Source: Thermofilaceae archaeon
Lineage (GTDB): Archaea; Thermoproteota; Thermoprotei; Thermofilales; Thermofilaceae
Assembly (NCBI GenBank): GCA_038727095.1
Contig: JAVYWK010000025.1
Location: 1 to 27,312 of the forward strand
Reading direction: 5' to 3'
DNA: 27,312 nt
Shown: piece by piece, positions 16,207 to 24,977 of the stretch
Position numbering within the stretch: the first letter of the stretch is position 1
Layout: every line of letters starts with the position of its first letter
Made by a program: the position numbers and the translations under genes
Notes under the pieces: model-generated
The model's input: only the letters and a program-made list of their open reading frames with translations
Told to the model about the DNA's origin: nothing
Databases searched by the model: none

Positions 16207-17761
16207 TTCTCGGTATGGGGCGGCGTCCACTTCAGGTCGGGGGATCCCCTGCTCTGCCGCAATTCTATGGAGCCTGTCTAGGTTCACCAAGCTGAAGGAA
16301 CCGCCCCTGAGGGTTAAAACCAGCGTGGATAATAAACTGAAAGTTAACCAAAAATAAAATACACATTTGCTTCACTTTTACCAACCTTTCGGTTGCGCCA
16401 CGATCGTGGGGCGGACAGGTGAAAGCTACCCTGCGATCACGCTCTCTACCATCTGCGCTGCATACAGCTCGCATATTGCGTAAGCCCGCACGTGAAGAGC
16501 CTCTCCCACCTCTTGATTGCGAGCATCTGTTTGAAGCAGGGGATCCTCACGGTACAATCCCCTCCACATCCCTTGATCGTGTCGATACGTGAGTGGATTA
16601 CTCAAAACTGTTTGCGAAACTGATCCTAACCTCTTGGCTGTGTCTACTGCACTCTATCAGCCTCGAACCTGAGCTCCATGACGGTTGGACGCGGGTGAGC
16701 GCGAGCGGAAGAAGGCGAGCGCCTAGAGGTGAAGGAGGGTGGGCGTGGACATAGGCAACTTGGCAGCTGACGACGTCGCGAGCAAGCAGCAACCCACGGT
16801 TCTGGTTAGCCCCCACCGGCACGGCTCAACCTACACGCGGTTTAAACGGGACGGGCTTGAGGAGCTTGCTCAAGCCCGCTTCAAAGAGAAGGTTCAGGAT
16901 CGAAAGGGGGCGGGCGAAAACTCAAAAGCTGTAGTTGAGCTCGAATGCGAGAAGGCTACGACACCAGCGTTTCCCACCTAGGAGGACGATAAAGCTCCGA
17001 GAGCGCGCTGGAGGAGCTGCGGCTTGAGTTGGACTCTACGATGAACGTAATGGGACGAATGTACTGAGAAAGCCCAGGGCGATGCTAAATTTTGGAGATA
17101 TAGTTGTGAGCAGGGCATTCCATCTTGACTGTAGTCTGAGTCCTTAAGCGTTGATGAATTCAAATTGGTGAGGGTGAACTCTCTGCGGGGCTCCGAAATT
17201 TACACCTTGTTGACTGCCAACTCTCTCGTTGGCTTCAGGAGCATGCACGTGATGGTTGCAGCCGGGGAGAAGGGAGCTGTACGCCGCAATGCCTCCGGTC
17301 ATCAGCGTGGAAATACCCTGGGAGGGGCAGGGGCAAGCAACCGCCGGCCTACACGCTCGCACCGCAGCCCGCGGACACCGTGCCGATGTTTAAAGACCCT
17401 CACATGGACAAGGTGCGCGGATTAGGCGAGAACCTCAACGACATGGCAGGCGAGTACGCGAAAGCCCAGCGAGAGCAAGCCTATACAGGAGGGCAGCCAC
17501 AATAGCAGGCAACAGCAAGCTCGACGAAGCCCACAGCGAAAATGGAAAGTATACCTACAAGAGGTAAGCTTCTCCCTTTTAAGCATACTCTTTTCCCAGG
17601 CATAAACCCTATTCCTTTCAGCACCCGGTTTTCATGCACCAGCCAAGGGGCTGGTGGCCACCTTTCGGAGAGAAGGTCTCAGGAAACGTGGTGGGAGGAG
17701 TGGATCGACTAGTGCAGGCAGAGTTTCAGATAGGCTCAACCGGCAGAGGATCCTCTCTCGC

Positions 17762-20700
17762 CTAGAAGTGCAAGTAGAATAGCTTGACTAACGCCTCCAA
17801 AACCCTCTCACTCGGCCACCCTTCTTCAAGCGCCTCAGCGAGCTCTTTGAACAGCGGATCCTCACGTGCGGCATGCCGTGCGAATTTCCTAGCATACAGG
17901 AGGTGCCCTTCGATAATGTATGAGACTATGGACGCTAAATAACCCAAGCTGTTTACTAGCCTGCCCATGATGGAGTTCCTTGCGATTAGCTCCGTCAGCT
18001 CTTCTAAGACTTTATCTCTACTTACCCTGTGCTCAAGCCGGTAGAACTCCTCAACTAGGTACACCATGCCCAAAAGCATCTGATAAACTTCTCCGCCTAA
18101 GACGAACTTCTCGAGAAGCTCAGCGGGTAGTCTCCTGTCGTTGATCAAGCAGGCGAGCATATACTCCGCCAGAGTAAAGTCATGTACGTCAGGATCCTCC
18201 AGCTTCCACTTATCGGCCCTCTTCCAAAGGTTTCCAAACCCGTCCTTCCGCTCTCTCACCGCATCAAGCCCACGCTCAATCACCTCGAGCCTCAGAAGCC
18301 TGCTCCTGACGACTAGCTCATCACGTATGCTGACTGCATCACCGAGCACGCTCAGGCCCCCCTCAAGCAATCTCTTGGCATCAGTTATCTGTCCACGATC
18401 CCACAGTAAGAGTGCCAAATTGTATTGAGCAGTGTAAAGTGTTCGTTTGGCCATTATTTCAAGTCCCTCTCTTGTATTGCCGCCGAGAGGTTTGAGGAAT
18501 TTCTCTACGTGCTCGTCGCTTGCGTACTCATTCAATTCTTTCAGCACCTTTTCTGCGATTCCTATAGAAGATTTTAGGTGCATCTCTGCCTCCTCCTCGT
18601 ACCCCGTTATACGTCGCAAAGCATCGCCGAGATGTGCGCCAGCTACTACGCGCGCAATATCATGTAGTTTCAGCTTCTCAGAGTCCTCCTCCTCCAGCTT
18701 TTTAAGCAGGTTTAAGCATTCTTTATGCTTAGATTCTATATGAACCAATAGGGCGGGAAGATCCAACAGTAACCTAATCATCGCAGCACGTGCGATCGCC
18801 CTATGCGCAATAACCGCAGGGTCTTCACAGGGCTCGGCTATCAAATCTTCGCATATCCGCAATTTCTCTATTAACTCCTCTGGGGGCATCGACACCATGG
18901 CAATCGCATCTGCTAACTCAATCGAGTAGACTGCCGCATGCAAGAGAACTTCTTCGTCCTTAGCTGATCTGCTAAATAGATGCGAAGCTACTGGAACAAA
19001 CCTTATCCCGTACAGGGGACTGAATAATAACGCCTTGTGGCCCCAGTAGAGCGCCTGGATAGCCAGCCACTCACTCGTTATACCGACTTCAATGAGACAC
19101 TTAGACAGGGAGGAGTCCTCGAATACGGTGCCAAGCCATGCTATGTGCCGGAGAGCTGAGAGGATCATCCTGCCAGTACTCCTTCCGAATCTCATCGATT
19201 TTTCATACATTATTTCCAGCAACAGCTTTCTGGCTAAGGCCATCTCACGCGCCAACTCTTCATCCTTTTCCGACAACGTGAGGATTAGGGGTGGTAGATG
19301 AGCCCAGAGCTCGTTGAAACTGTAGAATTTACGCTCTTCTTGAAACCATTGCTCACGGTCCGTCTCTACGATTTCTTCACCTTCTAGGATCCACTTGCAG
19401 CCGAAACCCCTACCGTTCCTGTACTCTTCTGTTCGCTGGCAGAACTCCCTCAGCTCGTCTTCCGCTACTCCGAGGGGCTGGGCAACTAGAGCTGCGTAGG
19501 AGAATTTACTCTCCCTCAAATCCTCATACGTTACTTTAGCAGCTCTGTAGGTGTTCCTCAAAGCGAGCTCGTACAGTTTTTGGAGCTCCCTGGCCAGCTG
19601 CTCAGCTGCTTCCTTCTTCCCGACCTCTTCAGCCTTCCTAAGCTCTTCTCCCAAAGCAGCTACCTCGTCGAAAGTTGGCCACAAAGCCTCTTTAATAGGG
19701 GGGCTCAGGATCTCCCTCAAGGTCTGCTCCCCCATCGCGTAGATCATTAGGGCGAGAGCGGGGATACCCCCGCTGGCTCGGTAAAGTCTGGCGATTATCT
19801 CTTCGTCCACGTCTCCCACGTTAGCTCTGATGATCTCAGCGAAAATCTCTGGCCTGGGGCTGAGGAGTTCTACTACTTGTTCTTCTTGGCGTACATTCGC
19901 CAGCCCATGCTTGGCAAGCCATTTCACGCGATACTTCCTGTACTTAGGCCATTCCTCGAAATCGATCCTGACGACGTGCACTGTTTTAACTCCCCGCTTC
20001 AGCAATCGGCTCAACAGTGAATTTACGGCTCGCATAGCCTCCCTGCTAACCAAGGGATGGCCTCCTCTGAAGCCAAAGCCTATCGTGGAGAGGTCGTCGA
20101 TTACTAGCACAACCTTCTGAGCCTCGGTGGACTCGAGGATCCCCTCGAGCATTTCTTTCTCGAGCCACGACCTAGCGGCAGCCCCCACGACCCTGGCGAG
20201 AGCGATAGCTGCTATGCTTACCAGCCATGATGCTGGAAATGCTGAAGCTGCAAGAATAACTCCCATTCCCCCTGCTGTCAGAATCTCCCCGGCACTTCTA
20301 ACACACTCATCGATGAATTTAGACAGCCCTAGACGGTCGAGGAACCCCCCGATGCTGTTCAAGAACTCTCTGAGGCTACTTTCCGCCGCGGATCGGGCCA
20401 TTTCTAACGCGACCGACTCGGCGATAAGTCCCCGTTCCAGTTTACTACTGATGTCTTCAAGACTGGACTTTAGACCTTTCATACTGGGCTCTAGATCTTT
20501 CATTATGTCCGGCTTCTTTTCCAGCGTCCTGCCTATGTACGCTACCATGCTGATGAACAGCTTGAACTCCTCTTTCCCGATGTGCTCGGATACCCCGATG
20601 CAGGGTATGTCCGTATCAATGAACCTCTCGCATAACAACTCCGGGGGCTTTCCGCCTCTTGAAGGCTTGATGAGTACGGGAATGTAGCCGTTTTCTTGGA

Positions 20701-20869
20701 GCTTGAGGACGATCATTCTGGCTGTAGTAGACTTCCCAACACCGGGGAGCCCCACCAAGGCGACGCTCTCGTGTTTCTCCAGGCGCTTGATTAATTCATC
20801 CTCTACCCCCCGCTCGACGTAGCGCTGCAGCCCTACAACCCCGTTTTTACCCTTCAGGGAGCCTCCCAC
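17762..20869 (-). CDS. Large STAND-class (NB-ARC/AP-ATPase-like) P-loop NTPase with C-terminal TPR-like helical region
   Basis: YVER, Walker A GLPGVGKST, Walker B VVLVIDD, GxP motif SGGIPALA, then a long amphipathic helical region (e.g. AQYNLALLLWDRGQITDAKRLLE). Confidence 0.8.
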   Translation of the reverse strand: MGGSLKGKNGVVGLQRYVERGVEDELIKRLEKHESVALVGLPGVGKSTTARMIVLKLQENGYIPVLIKPSRGGKPPELLCERFIDTDIPCIGVSEHIGKEEFKLFISMVAYIGRTLEKKPDIMKDLEPSMKGLKSSLEDISSKLERGLIAESVALEMARSAAESSLREFLNSIGGFLDRLGLSKFIDECVRSAGEILTAGGMGVILAASAFPASWLVSIAAIALARVVGAAARSWLEKEMLEGILESTEAQKVVLVIDDLSTIGFGFRGGHPLVSREAMRAVNSLLSRLLKRGVKTVHVVRIDFEEWPKYRKYRVKWLAKHGLANVRQEEQVVELLSPRPEIFAEIIRANVGDVDEEIIARLYRASGGIPALALMIYAMGEQTLREILSPPIKEALWPTFDEVAALGEELRKAEEVGKKEAAEQLARELQKLYELALRNTYRAAKVTYEDLRESKFSYAALVAQPLGVAEDELREFCQRTEEYRNGRGFGCKWILEGEEIVETDREQWFQEERKFYSFNELWAHLPPLILTLSEKDEELAREMALARKLLLEIMYEKSMRFGRSTGRMILSALRHIAWLGTVFEDSSLSKCLIEVGITSEWLAIQALYWGHKALLFSPLYGIRFVPVASHLFSRSAKDEEVLLHAAVYSIELADAIAMVSMPPEELIEKLRICEDLIAEPCEDPAVIAHRAIARAAMIRLLLDLPALLVHIESKHKECLNLLKKLEEEDSEKLKLHDIARVVAGAHLGDALRRITGYEEEAEMHLKSSIGIAEKVLKELNEYASDEHVEKFLKPLGGNTREGLEIMAKRTLYTAQYNLALLLWDRGQITDAKRLLEGGLSVLGDAVSIRDELVVRSRLLRLEVIERGLDAVRERKDGFGNLWKRADKWKLEDPDVHDFTLAEYMLACLINDRRLPAELLEKFVLGGEVYQMLLGMVYLVEEFYRLEHRVSRDKVLEELTELIARNSIMGRLVNSLGYLASIVSYIIEGHLLYARKFARHAAREDPLFKELAEALEEGWPSERVLEALVKLFYLHF

Positions 20870-21201
20870 CTATGAGCCCGTTTGATCGCTACTGTTCCCC
20901 TTTTATTCCTTTCCTTATACTGCGGTTTTATTCGAAAAGAGGTTTATAAACCACTTTAACCCTCTCCCGTGTTTAAGTTGAGCTCTAGATTCATAGAGGG
21001 GTGGCGATGTAGCCCACGCTTTACAGACAGCTGTTGAAGGCTCAGAAAGGGTCGCGCTCACAGTCTTAGGGTAGAGTCCCCGAGAGATACGCGCAGGGCT
21101 CTCTTCACTATGGGGAAGGCGATTTGCGCCACGGCGAGAAGATCTGGAGGCTAGGAGCTAGAGTTGGGTCTGATCGATGAGGCTTTAAATGGAGACTGCT
21201 T

Positions 21202-22839
21202 TTACAGGTACTCGAGCAACGTGGTATCACGTTCTCTAGGCGGCCTCATCTGCAGTTCCTCTTCGCCTCTTATGGCCTCTGGTCTAGCCTCCTCCGCTCT
21301 TTGAAGCCTCCTCCTCATCATCGTTTTAGCCAGCATTTTTGCTATCCTCGCCATCTCCACTGACAGCCCGAGGATTCTCGCTATCTCCGCATCGATTTTC
21401 TCGATAACAGTGTCCCAGAGCTTCTCAACGCTCTCGCGCGTGTCCGCCCCGCCAAGCCTGCGAGCCTCAGCCTCGAGCTCGTCAAAGAGGGAGACCAGCA
21501 GCTCCAAGTCTCTCTGGCTAAGCTTTCTGACGTCCAGAACCGGAAGCTCTTCAGCATGCCTAACCTCCAGTGCTATCGGCCCCAGCCCCCCGGGTACTCT
21601 CCCATGCGTCTCTATGTAGAGTTTGACGAAGCTCGAGTTGAGGTAGGCCAGGAGGGCCTTCAGCCTCTCCGCCGGTAAGCTCACCCTGGGTACGAGCGCT
21701 ACGAAGTCCTCATCCAGCATCACCTGAAACTCCATTAGCGTAAACCTGTGGTAGTACCGCGCGTAACGTGGCACGAATATCGGCGCCTCCCTGAGGCCCC
21801 CGAGGTCGTACCAGCCGTAAAAGTGATCCCTATTTCCCTCTCTCTCGCGACATGCTAGCGCTTGGCTGCACACTCTCCCGCCGCCCCTCGTCCCCCTAAT
21901 TCCTGTGCGACAATCGGTCTCCCCCCACCTAATGTACTCCAGAACGTTTTCCGACAGTCTCTCCCTGGGTTCATGGCACATGAAGACATAGCATCTCGAA
22001 CCCCCCTTCTTTATCCGCTCCCAGTCATCTTTGGTGAAGGTGAACCACCTGGCATACCTCGGGCTCGGCAAGGCCGGGTAAGCGTAATCCCTCAAACCGC
22101 GCTGCTGAACCTCCCTCTCGTCTAAATAGAAGAACTCGTTGGCGCCTAAATCGGGTCTTCTCCCGTGCTTAATAGCCCAAATCGACCAAACCGAATTTCC
22201 ACGGCTTACATCAAATAGATCGCCTAACCGAATGGTTCTCTTCCTGAGCTCGCTCAGGATGGCGTCGGCGTCGAAGATGAGGTTGATCCACTTCCGGTCT
22301 CTCGGTATGTCTCCCTGCTTTACGACTCTGATGTAGTAGCGGCCCTCATACTTTTCCGGGTTTTCGATGGCGTCGAGGACTTCGTCGACCCTGAGCTCTC
22401 CACCCCTTTCCAAATCCAAGTAGATGAAGACGGCGCGGTTTGCGTTGCGCTCCTCCTCGTTTGAGCACTTCTCGAGCAGTATGATGCAGGCGCCGATCAG
22501 CGGTACCGGGAAGACGCGAGCGGAGATGTCGATTATAGCCTTGATCTTGAAGTGGTCTAGCAGGAAGTTGCCGAAGTTGATCCCGTAGTCTGTTTGCAGC
22601 CAGCTGTCGGAGATGATCATCCCGAGCCTCCCTCCCTCCTTGAGCATGCTCAAAGAGTGCATCACGAAGTGTATGTAAATGCCGGGTTCCACGCCTCTCT
22701 GAACTTGAGCGGTCAGGTTGTACTTCGTCAGTAGGTTTCCGATCGCATCCCTGATGGCCCTCCTGATCCCCTCCGGGATCTCAGTCCAACGGGTGTACGG
22801 CGGGTTAGCGACCACCGCGTCGAACTTCGGGATGACCAT
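21202..22839 (-). CDS. Type IIG-like restriction-modification enzyme, C-terminal half (MTase motif IV + target-recognition domain)
   Basis: FDAVVANPPY, LKEGGRLGMII, TRD region, ALLAYLNSS and LPVLD. Same frame as the upstream half. Confidence 0.88.
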   Translation of the reverse strand: MVIPKFDAVVANPPYTRWTEIPEGIRRAIRDAIGNLLTKYNLTAQVQRGVEPGIYIHFVMHSLSMLKEGGRLGMIISDSWLQTDYGINFGNFLLDHFKIKAIIDISARVFPVPLIGACIILLEKCSNEEERNANRAVFIYLDLERGGELRVDEVLDAIENPEKYEGRYYIRVVKQGDIPRDRKWINLIFDADAILSELRKRTIRLGDLFDVSRGNSVWSIWAIKHGRRPDLGANEFFYLDEREVQQRGLRDYAYPALPSPRYARWFTFTKDDWERIKKGGSRCYVFMCHEPRERLSENVLEYIRWGETDCRTGIRGTRGGGRVCSQALACREREGNRDHFYGWYDLGGLREAPIFVPRYARYYHRFTLMEFQVMLDEDFVALVPRVSLPAERLKALLAYLNSSFVKLYIETHGRVPGGLGPIALEVRHAEELPVLDVRKLSQRDLELLVSLFDELEAEARRLGGADTRESVEKLWDTVIEKIDAEIARILGLSVEMARIAKMLAKTMMRRRLQRAEEARPEAIRGEEELQMRPPRERDTTLLEYL

Positions 22840-24237
22840 CTAGCGCCTCCTCTCCCCAGCCGGAGTCCTAATGACGTAAGGTGTGAAGACCACCTGCCCG
22901 GCTCTGACCCTGAAGAAGTCCGTGAGGACGGTGTTGACGTCAGCCGATGGGGCCTTGATGTAGCGGGAGGCGAGGTTCAAAGCGGTTAAGTGGAGCGGGA
23001 ATGGGTTGATGTCGAAGCCGTAGAGCTGGCTGAGTATCTCCCTGTGCACCTTCTCGTCGGGCTCCTTGTAACCTTTCAGCTCCAGTAGGCGCTTGTACGC
23101 CTTGACCAGGAACGTCCCTGACCCGCAGCCGGGATCCAGGACTTTGTCCTCAGGGCTCCTGACAGCCCACTTCACGATCAGCTCGGCGATGGCCGGAGGG
23201 GTGTAGAACTGGCCCAGGGCGTGCCTTTCCTCGGCTGGGATGAGCTCCTCGTAAACGAAGCCGACGACGTCGGAGCTCAGCTCCTCAAGCTTGTAGCGAT
23301 CCATGTCCTCTATGAACGAGTCCACCTCCTCGAGCACCATGGGATCGTCGGGGAGCACTATCTGGTCGTAAATCCCCGTGAAGAACACCGGCTCGAAGTT
23401 CCCGGTGATCTCGACAGCTCTGGCGAAGTAGCGTTGCAGCGTCTCCAGGTACGATCTGGCGTCAGGGGCTCCGATGTACCTGAGCCTGCGCCCCCCAAGC
23501 TCCCCGTAGTGCCTCTCCAAAACTTTGTAAAACACTATCTTGTTCATGAAGATGTAAGCCATCTCCCTGGCCAGCTGGGAGGCATCGGGCCTGTAGCCCA
23601 CCTCACTTGCAAACTCCTCGTAAAGGCGCCTAAAGTCTTCATCGGCCCTTAGCCTTTCACCGACCAGAGGTTCTATAACCTCGGAGAGCCACCCGACGAA
23701 ATCCCTGAGCTTGACGATGAAAGACCAGTCGAGCGGCGTGATGGCCACAGGAGCCCGCCTGTAGAGGCGGGCGACGGTGACCAGAATCTCCTCGGCGAGC
23801 TCCTCGCTTATGGTTATACCGTCCTTCAGCAGAACCCTGTGCGTGTAGAAGGAGAACTTCTCGCCGGAGCTAGGCGTCCTGAATAGGGCGAGGATCCTAC
23901 CGTTCGTCGTGGCGAAGTAGGGGGCTCCGGAGTGGATAGCATACGACAATGCTTGTTCAATGACGGTACTACTCGTGGGCATGAAGGTTCGAACGGCTCG
24001 GTAACGGCCCTCCCTCACGTACTCCCGCTTGGTCTCGATGATCAGAAGGGGTTTCTTGGCATCAGCTAGGATGACCGCTATGTCGGCCCTGCGACCATCG
24101 ACGGGGTACTGAGTCTTAGGCTCTTCAAACCTGACACCCTCAATGACAAAACCTCTCTTCTCCAAAACGCTGTAGATGTAATGGTAAAGCCTACTCTCGA
24201 CCTCGCTTTCCCTACTTATACCAGACCACCTCTGCAA
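22840..24237 (-). CDS. Type IIG-like restriction-modification enzyme, N-terminal half (HsdR_N-like PD-(D/E)xK nuclease + N6-MTase motifs X/I)
   Basis: RADI...IIETKR...EQALSYA...TTNG nuclease, GQFYTPP, LDPGCGSGTFL and GFDINP. Ends at an in-frame TAG directly before the next ORF. Confidence 0.88.
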   Translation of the reverse strand: MQRWSGISRESEVESRLYHYIYSVLEKRGFVIEGVRFEEPKTQYPVDGRRADIAVILADAKKPLLIIETKREYVREGRYRAVRTFMPTSSTVIEQALSYAIHSGAPYFATTNGRILALFRTPSSGEKFSFYTHRVLLKDGITISEELAEEILVTVARLYRRAPVAITPLDWSFIVKLRDFVGWLSEVIEPLVGERLRADEDFRRLYEEFASEVGYRPDASQLAREMAYIFMNKIVFYKVLERHYGELGGRRLRYIGAPDARSYLETLQRYFARAVEITGNFEPVFFTGIYDQIVLPDDPMVLEEVDSFIEDMDRYKLEELSSDVVGFVYEELIPAEERHALGQFYTPPAIAELIVKWAVRSPEDKVLDPGCGSGTFLVKAYKRLLELKGYKEPDEKVHREILSQLYGFDINPFPLHLTALNLASRYIKAPSADVNTVLTDFFRVRAGQVVFTPYVIRTPAGERRR

Positions 24238-24418
24238 CTTTTACCCTCACGAATTTAAGTACAACGGATACTGTCTGAGGAATCGATAGAGCAGTCCGCA
24301 GTCAGCGGGGCAGCCTCACGCTGGAGGTTCGTTCAACCGATCGATGCCCAACCCCCCCATGCCCCACCGCGCTTTACGGCGTCTAGAGCACTCTTAGCTA
24401 GCGGGCTGGCAGCCTTTG

Positions 24419-24900
24419 CTAGCTCGCTGCACGCTGGCAGGCTCTCGGCCGCCGAGTGGATGGCGACTGGCGCAATGAGTTGGAGGTTCCTACCCCTAAA
24501 CGTTTCGCCTTCAACAGCACCTCCTCTGCCCGCTTAACAAGGCCCTCAACAAGGTTGAGCTTCCACGCGTGGACTCCAATGGTTGACGAGGGTGCCAGAC
24601 TCTCGAGGTGCCTGTTCACCCCCAAAACCCTTGAATGCCCGCCTTTCGCTGACCCTTACACCCCCCTCCCACTCTTAGAGCCGCGTATACAGCTGAAGCT
24701 GTAGTGCTCCGCAACCCTTGCAGCCCGGTGTAGCGCAGGATCCCGTCGAAGCCGGTTGGAGCGTTCACGGCTTCAAACCCCGCCTCGGGCTGGCTCAAGC
24801 TGCCCCAAGCGTACTCGCAGCTCCAGGGGTGTTTCCGGGCTACTCCGAGCGGGTGAGATTCGTCCACGCTGATGGACTGCTTCGCCGTGCAGAGGCTAAC
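24419..24900 (-). pseudogene. Degraded gene remnant
   Basis: Protein-like pieces in different minus frames (GFEAVNAPTGFDGILRYTGL; AWKLNLVEGLVKRAEEVLLKAKRLGV) broken by frameshifts. No intact gene. Confidence 0.35.
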
Positions 24901-24977
24901 CTATGTAAACTTCCCCTTATACACCGGTACGGTATTAATACCGCTACGCTTTTATCCCCTCCAGAATTTATTCTATC

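Noticed and set aside
16766-16800. CTGACGA as a hammerhead ribozyme core
   Set aside because: No stem II followed by GAAA and no flanking helices.
16265-17425. Short ORFs (61-86 aa) in the debris region
   Set aside because: They overlap each other, have no motifs and inconsistent frames. Probably pseudogene fragments or chance ORFs.
22840-22842. Pyrrolysine recoding of the R-M amber codon
   Set aside because: No pyl genes in the window, many ordinary genes here end in TAG, and the inferred lineage is not known to use Pyl.
18141-23652. Plus-strand ORFs opposite the STAND and R-M genes, and similar shadow ORFs across the core region
   Set aside because: Antisense shadows of well-supported genes, Ser/Pro-rich and without motifs.
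24722-24791. tRNA-like look: AGCCCGG...TCGGGCT ends, GTGTAGCGCAG and TTCAAAC
   Set aside because: No valid T-stem (C instead of G before TTC, arms do not pair), no D or anticodon arms in register, and it lies within a minus-strand gene remnant.
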